In this document: in pieces, positions 23,001 to 33,883 of the stretch | How the letters are laid out: each line of letters opens with the position of its first letter | Position numbering within the stretch: position 1 is the first letter of the stretch | Assembly: GCA_958009085.1 (NCBI GenBank) | Contig: OY253673.1 | Location: 496,001-560,000 of the forward strand | Length of the DNA stretch: 64,000 bases | From: Protoeuglena noctilucae | Taxonomy: Eukaryota | Direction of reading: 5' to 3' | Made by a program: the position numbers and the translations under genes | The notes under the pieces: generated by a model | The model's input: only the letters and a program-made list of their open reading frames with translations | Database searches by the model: none | Told to the model about the DNA's origin: nothing

Positions 23001-23977
23001 AGAGCAACAATCCCGCACGTGTTCTCTCCCCTGGGCCCACGTGCCATTCGTGGGAGCAGGACCGGCAGACCTCGGCCGCCCGCGTCAGCTCGAGTTCCGA
23101 GAGAGCCCAGGGACCGGACACAGAAACCCTCGAAGGCCCCGCGGCGTCCGTCACGACGGGTATGACCCCAGGACGCGCGGCGGGGTCATACCCGGGTCCG
23201 CTCGCGGCGCTCTCCGCGCTCGACTTGCAGGCCTTACGCGCGGTGCACATGGCGTGCGGGGGCGACTGGGCGCAGGCGGAAGGGTCCCTGGGGTGGCTGC
23301 GGCGCAAGGGGATGAGCGGTGAGTGGCTGCGTGACGACACGTTGCATTTGGCAGCGCGGGGAAGGCATGCGATGTCACGCGCTCTTACTCTGGTAGAGTC
23401 GCGTGGCGCAGATGGCGACATCCTCTCGTGCTTCCGGAGTTTCTCCAAGCCGGTATCCGTCACCGAGTCGGGGACGACATGGGGCGGGGCGGGGGCGGGG
23501 GGCGAGGCAGGGGTGCCAACGGAGCCGACGAGGGAGCGTGGGGTGACGGGGCAGGCTCGGGACCAGGCGCGCGTGTCGGCGCCGTCGTCGGGCCGGGAGG
23601 GTCATTTGTCTGCGCCTCCCGAGACGCCCGCGGTCCTCAGGGATAGCCATGCAGGAACAGGTGGGGCGACCAGGCCTGAGCTGGTGCATTCAAGCAGAGA
23701 GGGGAGCGCGGGGGGCGAGGCGGGGGTTGGCGCGAGCAGCCGAGAGTGGCCGGCGGGCCAGGCCAGCACCGGAGGGGGCGGCGAGGAGCATAGGGGACGG
23801 GGGTTGGGGTGCACGGGTGGTGGGGAGGCAAGCGGGGCTGGGAAGGGCGATGATGGGGGCGACGCGTCCAGTGATGCGCCGACTGAGGTCGTCCCTGACT
23901 CAGGCGGGGAAGAGGACGAGTCGGGGGGGAGTCGGGGGGAGGTGCAGAGCGGGCCGGAGGAGCGGGCGGGGCAGTGA
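20044..23977 (+). CDS. Bromodomain protein with a divergent AP2-like domain and long low-complexity regions
   Basis: FSKPVDARKLNIPDYYVVIRQPICIADIRARL...FAADVRLMLRNCELYNG, and later WYGVH...GFPTTGAAAKCHDWLA...LNFPLS. Confidence 0.8.
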
Positions 23978-24166
23978 GGATGCTTGCTAGGCGGCCTGTC
24001 CTCCACATGCTTTCCGTAGCCATGCTGGGACCCTTCGTTTCAACTGTTGGGAATCAGCCTCGAGGCTTTCAACAATAAATGGCCCAAGGATGATGACGAT
24101 GTATCAACAAAATGGTGCCACGTCACAAGGCCACCCTAACGGCGGACAGTATCGCCCACGCATCGT

Positions 24167-25661
24167 CTACAGCACGCTCTCCGAGCCTTGCACCGACGCC
24201 ACGGCGAGGGGGTTCCTGAAAAAGCGCCCCATGAGCCCTAAGTACCCCTCCGGGTCCGAGCAGACCCATGCCGTGATGTCGTTATGCGCAAAGCCCCGCA
24301 GCCGTACAAAGTGCTTCGGTCCCGAAAGTGCTGAATACAGGCGTCGCCCCAGCTGGTAGGGCACGATGGTGTCGACGTCGCCGTGCATGACCATTTTGGG
24401 AAAGCCCTCGGGGATGCCCCGCTGCCAGTCGATGGATGGGAAGGGGTCGCGCATGAGGAGCCGGGAGGGCAGGTGCGGGAAGCGGAGGGCGGCTGCCTCC
24501 AGGGCCGATGACATGGGCATCTGCAGGACCATCCCGCACAGGTGAGGGCCTGCGGTGCACAAACGTCACATGAAATCTGCGCAGTGGTACACCTGCACAG
24601 CGGGCTCGATGCAGGCGCGGCAGGGCTTCAGTCAGACACGCACCGCCAGTGGCTCCGAATGGCAGCCGCCCTGGGGGCGACCCCGCTGGGGCAGTCCGCG
24701 CAACGTGCTGTGCGAGGAAGACGGCCATGGCGGTGCCCAGCGACTCCCCGACGAGAAACACCCGGTCCGCCGGGCCCAGGGGCGATCGCTCCCTGTCTCC
24801 CAGCCATGCGAGCAAACCCAGGACGTCGGACTGAAGGCCGCGCATGCTGGGCGATCCCGTGCTGCCCCCGTCACCACGGTACTCCGGGACCACCAGCCCG
24901 CAGCGGGTCCACTTGCGCAGCTGCGCCAGCCAGGGCATCCTCGACAGTCGGTTCCCCGCGTTCCCTGCAAAGCAGGGCACCTTGCAATGTGACGCCAGGG
25001 CGCTCAACGTGCTATGTGCGCCCCTGACGTGCGTCGCAGATCGCAGCGTCTCTCACCGTGCAGCACGACGGCCCACGTGCGACCGGAGGTCTCCGCCTGC
25101 CCGCCCCTCTCGGGGTCAATAATGCCCCCACCGTCGCTGTCATCGAGGTCGTCGTCAACGCCCAGCGGATCCCAGACGTATGCGCGGATGCGCTCCTTGT
25201 CCAGCGCTAGGAACTCCGCATCCTGTGCCGGTGAACATGGAGCGCATCGTTAGGGTTAGATCATGCAAGGGGGAGGCGACGCATTGTGGCTGGGCCAAGC
25301 TCACCTTCAGACCATACCAGGACTCCTGGTCCAGCTCTGACGCCCTGGGGCATGTCGGATTCGGCAGGAAGAGGAGGCGTCGCTGAACGGCGAAGACCAG
25401 CAGGCATAGGGCCGCGTACCCCACAGCTACGATGCCTGCATACTTTGCCACGACCCATGCAGCATGACGGAAGTTCGAGCCGGCGTTGACGAATTCTCGG
25501 AGAAACGCGAGGACAAAGAGCAGCAAGGCTATGAGCAAGGCAGCGCGGATAGCGGGGGCCCGGCTCCGCGCGAGCTGCAGCCCTGTTGCAAGTCTCCCCG
25601 GCGCAGTGTGCAGCCCGGTGGTCGACCGACCCTGCAGTGGTTCCCGCTCGGCCTGCGTCAT
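24167..25661 (-). CDS. Alpha/beta hydrolase, ABHD13/BEM46-like, with N-terminal TM segments
   Basis: QRRLLFLP, HGNAGN, EYRGDGGSTGSPS, nucleophile motif GESLG, HGDVDTIVP and AHND (Ser-Asp-His triad). Confidence 0.88.
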
Positions 25662-25981
25662 CGCGACGAATGAGAACGTCGTCAAGCAATCGCCGCAAAT
25701 TGCGGAACATCATTGTTTTGAGCCAGTAGGGCCCTACCCTCTCTGCACAGCACCAGCATCGTGATTTGTGGGCTCAAGCCCCCCTGTCGCTCAGTACCCC
25801 TGTCCTCAGCTACAGGGACGTCCGCGGGCCACGCATGGCAATCGTAGGGAGTTGATTACCAACCAAGGCGCATTGAAGAGAATCCACGGCAGGGTTCCAA
25901 CCAGCAGTCTCCTTCCTGCGTCCCTATGAAATGACGACGGATCGCGAAGCACCGGCGTCGTCATCGAACGTGAGCCCCTGG

Positions 25982-27852
25982 ATGAGCGGGGATGCAGAGG
26001 CGCGACGCCGCGGGCCTGTCGTGGCGTCACAGACACGTCTGTCCATGCGCAGGCATCGGAAGCCGCTAATCTCGTTCGGTTGCTGCTCGCTGACCCCGAC
26101 AACGGGTCCAAGTTCGCCACCAGTCGCGAGGAGGGCGTGCGCGACGCTGTGCTCCTGCTTTCCAACGCCGTCCTCAGCGAACTTGGTCTTGCCCCGCCAC
26201 AGGTCAGTACGTAGTCGTTGTGCCTGTCGTGTCACGATGTCGCGCAGCCCAGCGGTGTTCCCCGGGCCGCGCGCGCGGCAACACCTCGGGCCCGTGACAT
26301 GCGTCCCTCCCCGCAGCGAGTGGAGCCGCCCCGCGGACTGTCGCGCCTCCCGTTGGCTGAGAGACTCGTGGCGGTACAGAATTACATCGAGAGCCTGCAC
26401 TACAACCACACCAGCAAGCAGCACTTCAACATCCGCAAGAACCGGTCCCTTTGCAGCATCCTCGAGACGGCCCGGGAGATCGTGCGGGTGCGTGTTGCGC
26501 GCTAGCATGCGAGTGAGTTCCGATCGCGCCGCCCGGCGTCCCACACCCGGCCTCGCGGCGTCGCAGGAGTCGCTGCCGATTCGGTGCATTGAGGCCGTCT
26601 TCCTTGGCCTGCTACTGACCACGGGCTGGGAGGACCTGCTCCGGGTACCCGTCGGCTTCAAGACCAGTGTGGGCAGGAACGTGTACCGGCACATTGTCCT
26701 CATCGTGCAGGTGAGTGTTGCTGGGTGGTGCGACTCGTGAGCACGCATGCAGGTGCCACACCCCCTCCAGCGACCTCTGTTGCCCCTGCCGGCTCTGCAG
26801 GATGTACGGTCGGGTCTGTTCGGCGCCTTGGGCATCAGCCGCCGGAAGGAGTTGGCCTTCAAGCCCCTGCAATACCCACGCCTGAGCGATTTGATACGCG
26901 ACTTCCTGGACAGCTACGGGAAGTGGTGGCACAGGGTGACCAAGGTGCGTGAACCATGCGCGATGGCGACCTTGGTGGTCGCGGACAGCGACTCCGTGCG
27001 TTGCTTGCTCGCCACTGCCAGGGGCAGGAACACCCGTCGCTCCCCACGCCGCCGCTCAGGTGCGCATCGGTCTGCCCGTGGAGCACAACGAGTACTACGC
27101 GGGTCCAGTGTGCTGGCGGTACTGCCACGTGGTCCTTGCGAGGCTGCGGTGGGCAGAAGCCGCGGCACGGATCGACACGCACGCGTCTGAGATGAAGCAG
27201 CGGCTCGCCCTGTGGAAGCTGGCGGGGATCAAGGCGAGTGCCGCTGACAAGGAGACGCGATGGACCACCGTTTGGTGCTCGTATTTGCCTTTTCAATGCA
27301 ATTTGCTTTGCGCGGGCGCAGGAGGCGTCCGCTGGGGACCCCGGGGGGCGCAAATCGACAGCCAAAGGCGGGGCGCGCAGGGGTCCCGCCGCCATGTGGG
27401 ACGGGTACGCCAGCGTCGACAGCGCGTCCAACAGTCGGCCCGGCAGCGCGACGCCTCGTGGCGCGGCCATGAACCGCGACTCCCCGTGGGGGGCGGCGCG
27501 GGAGGCTGACCCGAGCAGCCCTGCCGCTGCGGAGCCAAGCGGGAGGGGCGACGCGGGACAGGGGAGCCCCAGCAACCGGGGCCGGCCCGATGGTACGCCT
27601 GAGCAAGGAACCGGGGGGTTGGGGGGCGGCGATGGGCCAGGCGTGCCATGGGCGCAGACGCCGGACGCAATGGCCGAGAGCTCCGCAAGCGGACGGGAGA
27701 GGGTTCCAGAGTTAGGGAGGGAAGCGGAAGAGGACCTGGACCTGGCGGGGGTATCTGTGGCCACCCCTGCACCGTCCCTGGGGCCCATCTCGGCTGATGA
27801 TAGCTCCGGGGACAGCAGCGAGGAGGAGGTGGGCGACGACGGCCTGGCATGA
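25982..27852 (+). CDS. VASH: Vasohibin-family tubulin carboxypeptidase
   Basis: QNYIESLHYNHT...FNIRKNR...ESLPIRCIEAVFLG...YRHIVL...FGALGISRR...LSDLIRDF...KVRIGL. Confidence 0.92.
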
Positions 27853-27919
27853 GGCACGGAGTCAGCGTGCGGCGTGCCACGCCCGCATCGTGGAAAGAGA
27901 CGCGATTGATGGCTTGCAC

Positions 27920-28916
27920 TCATGCCAAGTCGGTGTCGTCGACGGCGATTTCGAACTTGAGGCCCTCCTTGCGAAACACCCAGGTATTGTGGTCCGTGAC
28001 GTTCGTGTCGCTGCATGCGGGGGCGGCAAGGGACGTGTCATGCAGCACTGCAACGCACGCGCACAGCATCTGAGCTCAAGGTTGTGATAGTTAAGCACCT
28101 GAGCTCCAGGTTGTAGAAGTCCATGTGCGGGTTGGTGAAGAGGGGCCCGGCGTGCCACGTGCCGGGGTTGAACTTGACGAAGACGCCGGGGGGCACGCAA
28201 AAGGCGTCCATGGTCTCGGCCGTCGGATGCTTGGCCACGTCCATAGTGGGCCTGCAGGGTCGATCGAGGAGCATACTTACTTGCCAAGCTCTTGGGGCAG
28301 ATGCGGCTCTCCTTCTGCGGCCCTCGTCGCCGATGACGCAGCGCAACTCACTGGGACACCGCGACGAACCACGGAGCGTCGCCCAGGGTGCCCAGGCACT
28401 GGGTGCACTTCCGGTGGAATGTGATGCGGTCGAAGGTCAGGTCCTTGTCGCGCAGACCTGCAGCCGAGGACGCATCCGAGCTGTATAGGTCGCGGAAAGA
28501 ACAGCGCTATGTCTGCGGATCCACGCCTCGTCGCGGCGGGGCCGGACTCACGCATGAGGTACAGACGAGGAGTCCCCGCGTCGAGGACGAGGCGCGCGTC
28601 GTGTTCGCCGAACGGCACGCCATCTTCCATGACCTCGCAGACCTGTTATTAGGACACGCGATACGTGCGACGTGGCTTCGTGGGTCGATGGCCGGGGGTC
28701 GAGCAAGTTTGTGCATCTGGTGCTCGCACGCGTCCACACCTGCCCGTAGGGCGCGAACGCCTCGGGAGTCAGCTTCTTGGCCTTCAGTTTCATGACCGTC
28801 AGCTGCTGCGAGCCGTCCGAGCTCCTGGCAACCATGCGCGGGCCAGGGCGAGCGGACGAGCGGGGCGTTCCCGCACTTCGCCCTGCTCCCCAAGACGTCC
28901 GATTGATGCTCAGCAT
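27920..28916 (-). CDS. Ureidoglycolate lyase/hydrolase (AllA-like cupin) family protein
   Basis: LTPEAFAPYGQV...GTPRLYLMR...FDRITFHRKCTQCLG...FVKFNPGTWHAGPLF...DFYNLELSDTNVTDH. Confidence 0.85.
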
Positions 28917-29374
28917 CGCGTGCTTGCTTGCTTCGATGTGATGCCAATGAGCGGGGCACACTGGCTTCTTATGCGGTCCTTCATTCAGGCTTCCATCCGG
29001 AGTCAGGGCGCCAGTGCAGATGGTCAGCTCATTCAGCTCGTCCGTCCGATGATCGGCGACACTGGCCTAAAACAACACCCCATCCAAGGAGGCAGATCAG
29101 CACGCATCCACAGCAGGATTAGGATTTCCTGGAGTAAGCGCGATTGGTGAGATACAATGGTGTCCCAACATGCACGGAGAACGGCCGAGGGCGGCAGTTT
29201 AAGACGCTCCAATGGTCTTCGATGCATTTTTAGGGGAGTTATTGACACGAATGTGTGGTTCCAGCCACGTAGGGCCCGTCGAATGTACACTCCGTGACCG
29301 TCTTCGATGCCGCCCTTGCACACGCCCCGTTAGGCATCTGAGCGCACGATTGGCTGCTTCTCGCAGACTACAAG

Positions 29375-32300
29375 ATGCTTCGTCTTCTACAGTATGCTCA
29401 GAACTGCAAAATTCGCGACGAAGCCGCCCCGCTGCGAAGGACCAAGGTCATCTGCACCGTGGGGCCCAAGGTGCCCGTCGAGCGCGATTGTGATGCCGAT
29501 TGCAACCGCGACCGCGCGTGCATTGCACAGACCACTTTCGTCATCTGCCGCCGCAGAATGCGAGCGAGGAGTTACTGGAGCGGCTCGTCGACAGCGGCAT
29601 GGACATGATGCGTCTCAACTTCAGCCACGGTTCGCACGAGTGGTTCGAGGAAATGGTGTCGAAACTTCGTCGGTGAGATCGACATAGCATGGGGGCGCGC
29701 TCTGGCCCAGGCGTGCGCGCCGCGATGCGGTGGAGCCTGCCCTGCCCACCCTGCCCCGCAGCATCCTCGCCCACAAGGGCACTGCGGTCTGCGCCATCGC
29801 GCTGGACACGAAAGGCCCTGAGATTCGGACGGGTACGATGAAGAACGGGGTGGACAGCGTGTCGGTCGAGGCTGGGTCGACGGTCGAGGTCACGACCGAC
29901 CCCGCGTACAAGTCCCAGTGCACGGCCACTCACATCTACGTCGACTACGAGGACCTCTGCGAGACGGTCACGCCCGGGATGACCATCTTCATCGGTGAGG
30001 GAGAGCAGCCGTGCGAGTCAGCAATGCTCGGTGCAGCACACCATCTTCATCGGTGAGGGAGAGCAGCCGTGCGAGTCAGCAATGCTCGGTGCAGCACACC
30101 CTTGCCGTACGCTGAGACAGACCTTTGGAGGCATGGCTCGGAGTTAGCACTGCATGTTTTGCTGCCACTACGTGCAGATGACGGCCTGCTGGATCTGGAG
30201 GTCATCGAGGTCATTCCCCAGGAGCGGCGGGTGGTGTGCATCGCGCGCAACACCGCAGAGCTGTCGGACCACAAGGGTGTCAACCTGCCCGGGGCGAAGA
30301 TTACCCTCCCCGCCGTGTCCGAGGCGAGAGTCGGCGCCCGCTTGGCATGCTTTACGACCGGCCTGCGAGCTCTGGGGCCCCTGGCAGGACACCCGGCATG
30401 GCATGTGAGGGTGCGAGAGCGGGAGCGTGCCGTGCCAGGGACCGACAGCCGCGCCTCATCCGCCGCCGCAGAAGGACCGCAGCGACCTCGAGTTTGGCGC
30501 GCGCATGGGCGTGGACTTTGTCTTTGCGAGCTTCATCCGCAACGCCGAGCAGGTGCACGAGGTCCGGGATGCGCTCAAGGGTTGGCCCGCGCGCATCATC
30601 GCCAAGATTGAGAACGAGGAGGGCCTCAACAATATCGACGAGGTGAGCGTGGATGGACTGAGCACAGGGGCGAGGGCATGGGTTGCAGGTGCCTGGCAGG
30701 CGGCCCGACACCGGCAGCGGCTGACGTGGCATGATGACGTGGGCATCCCTGGGGTGGATGAATGAGATGGTAGTCGCTGTGACCTTCCACAGTCCGTTCA
30801 TGTGATCTCTGTACTTGTCGCCATGACTGGCGCCCGTCGCTGCGGTCGCTGCAGATCATTGAGGTGGCGGACGGCGTCATGGTGGCACGGGGGGACATGG
30901 GCATCGAGATCCCCGCCAGCGAGGTCTTTGCCGCACAGAAGATGATCATCTCCAAGGCAAGGGCCGTTGTTGACTTGCAAGAGCTGCTGGACACCAAGCC
31001 GTCGTGCTCCTGCAGGCCCGTCACCGCCCCCTGCAGCCCAGTCCACTGCAAGCACGCGTCGCTCGAGCCCCTCCCGTCCCCCCGCCAACCGCAGTGCAAC
31101 GCGCGGGGCAAGCCGGTCATCTGCGCGACGCAGATGCTGGAGTCGATGATCGTGAACCCCCGCCCGACGCGCGCCGAGGTCACCGACGTGGGCACGGCGA
31201 TCCTCGACGGCGCCGACTGCGTGATGCTCTCCGGCGAGACGGCCAAGGGCAAGTACCCGATCGAGGCCGTGAGCACCATGTGCCGCGTGTGCGTACAGGC
31301 CGAGTCGCTGATCGACGCCCGCAAGGTCTTCCAGAACGTCAAGGAAGAGAGCGACGGGGACATGGGTGAGTGCGGATCATAGCAATTGAGAAAGTGCTTG
31401 CCAGGGTGCAAGGGAGGGCACGATGAGACTGCGCATGGTGCATGGGACAGCACGACGCAGGTCAACCTGGTGGGCTGGGCTGAGGCAGCCCGGTGCGCTG
31501 TCGATCGCCGCAGGGCTGAACGAGGGCGTGGCGGCGGCGTGCGTGGAGATGTGCTTGGACCTGAAGGCGCCCGCGATCATCGTCATTGCCACCTCGGGCA
31601 ACACGGCGCGCTTCTTGGCCAAGTACCGCCCCCCAGTGCCCGTCCTGGTCATCTGCTTCCAGGCAAGCGCTGCTCAGTCACACATTCCTTCATGCACATG
31701 CCAAGTCGCACGTTCAGCTGTGTCCCAAGCCTAGCGGCACCCCACAGCCAGCTGCACCCTGTGCCGCACTTGTCAGCCCTCGTCATCCACCTCATGCACC
31801 GCCTCCCTGCTGTGCCTCAGGAGAGTGTCGCCCGCCAGCTCCTGATCCACCGAGCGCTCTTTCCCCTTGTCATCGACATCGAGGTGACAGTCCATGAGTC
31901 ACTGCGAAAGGGTGGACCCGGTTGCGTATGTGTACTATGCACCCACCATGTTACGCCCCATGCTTGCCAACATGGACTGATGGCCCTCGTTGACCCACTT
32001 TGGCCCTTCATGCCCCCAGTCGAACCCGGCCCTGTACGACGACGTCCCGGCTCTCATTGCCGAGGGCCTCTTCACCTTACGCGAGCTCAAGGTCGTGCAG
32101 CCGGGCGACAGCGTCGTGACCCTGCACTCGGAGCACGTGGTCGCGAGGCCAGCCCCGGAGCACCACGTTTTCACCAAGGTGATGGTGGCCGACGGTTCCT
32201 GTGACGCGCCTTGGTGCCGCCAATCCCACGGCTCGGCAGCCTGCACGCGCACCCTGCCACATTCGCAGCATGCCAGCCCGCCCCTAGCCAAGCCACACTC

Positions 32301-33093
32301 GCGGTATGCCACCCCGTCCCTTGCCGCACTGACCAGCCTCCCCTCGCCTCGCACTCAGCGGTTCGCGGGGTCGTCGGCGAACCTCCACGCGATGAACAGC
32401 CACGACAACCTGCACCGCCCGCCGAGCCACTCCAACCTGCGCAACGTCATGTCCTCGGGCGAGCTCAACAAGCGCAGCAACCCCCAGTCGGGCCGCGGCA
32501 GCATCGACGAGGTGAGGGCGGCAGGCGGCGTCTCGGCTTGCACCTGCACTTGGGCACTGGCCTCTGGCATGCGCTGACGACCATCGCTGACGTATGTTGT
32601 ATCACCTGCCACCACTTAAGGCCTTTGCTCGTTGCTCGCAGCACCCCCACGACGACAGCACGGTGCCGCAGCCGCTCCATGTCCCCGTCTCGCACATCCA
32701 CGCCGCCAGTGCCCGGACCAAGAGCGCCTCGTTGGTGCGGATCCGGTCCCTGAACGAGAACGAGATGCCCGTGGAGGGAGGGTCTGACTCGGACTCCACG
32801 GCCTTTGACCCCCACCACCTGACTGGAGACGCTGCGCCTCTCCACCCCAAGTGAGGGCTGAGCCCTGACCCACTCTGGGGCACGTCCCCTTCTCACATAT
32901 CTATGTGAGATCCAGGTACAGCACCCTTGCGGAGCATGTTCTCATGACTTCGCTGTGCCCTCCACGCAGGGCCCTGCCCGCCCACGGATCCCTGCCCAAC
33001 ATCGCCGGCCGCCACCTCGCCAGCGTGCCCTCCCGCGGGGCAGAGATCTTCCGGACCATGCAGATCGTGCTGCGCGTGGCCATCGTGCCGTAG
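29375..33093 (+). CDS. PYK: Pyruvate kinase with a large insertion in the C-terminal domain
   Basis: [86 protein letters not shown]. The final exon ends [12 protein letters not shown]. Confidence 0.97.
29982..30097. repeat. Perfect 58-bp tandem duplication spanning an exon/intron donor
   Basis: accatcttcatcggtgagggagagcagccgtgcgagtcagcaatgctcggtgcagcac x2. Confidence 0.95.
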
Positions 33094-33245
33094 CGGAGCG
33101 TGAGGTGCTCGGGCATTGTCGCACGACCTGGGCGTACCACCCTGAAGCGCCCTGCAGTTCTCGGCTGTGCGGTGGGGGCGGGAGACCCCTCCTGCCCTTG
33201 GCTGGCGCTGCCAAAGCTTAGACGCATTGAAGCTTGCTTTGTGGT

Positions 33246-33250
33246 TGTAA
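33246..33250 (+). promoter_or_regulatory. Candidate TGTAA polyadenylation signal for pyruvate kinase
   Basis: TGTAA lies about 150 nt after the stop at 33093. Confidence 0.45.
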
Positions 33251-33883
33251 CTGGTCTCGATAACATGCCTGGGAACCTCTGGCTGACAGTCTGGAGCTTC
33301 AAAGCTGTCGGCATGGCGGCCGGCAGGGCAATGGCACGCACGGTACGCAAGAAGCGGAAAGGTCACTGCAAGTGCGCAGGAACGCGGACGCGGCGCCAAG
33401 GCCCGTGTGACGGGGGGCACGAGGGGGTGAGGCGGGCACCTAGCGGCGGCACTACAAGGGGGCGTTGCGGTGAGGACGCATGACGGGCTCGCGGAGGAGC
33501 CCTGACCTCATTAGCGGCGGAGCGAGAGCAGCGCGACGCGGGATGGCTGCGGACTGGCGCACGCGTCCGCCCTTGGGGCGAATCAACGAGCTGACTGGGC
33601 GGGCACGGTGAGAGCACGGAGCAAGCGCGAGGGGCGGGAAAAGCGGCGATGCCCAGCAGACGCGCAATGACACTAGCAAACGAAAACGAATCTCGGGAGG
33701 CCATCTGTCGATGTCCCCCGCGCACCGCCTGTGCAGGCGATGAGGCTCAGAAAAAAGGCGCAAAGCGCAAAGCTGCGGCGGTGCTGCGGGGGGACATTGT
33801 GGCAAAGCAGCAAAGTAGCAAACACACACAGGCGCAGAGTCGACGTCATGCCGACTGGACTGCGTCCCTCCCGCACCCAGCGG

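Noticed and set aside
29982..30097. Direct repeats considered as CRISPR or transposon ends
   Set aside because: Only two adjacent copies with no spacers, no cas or transposase gene, and a eukaryotic intron context.
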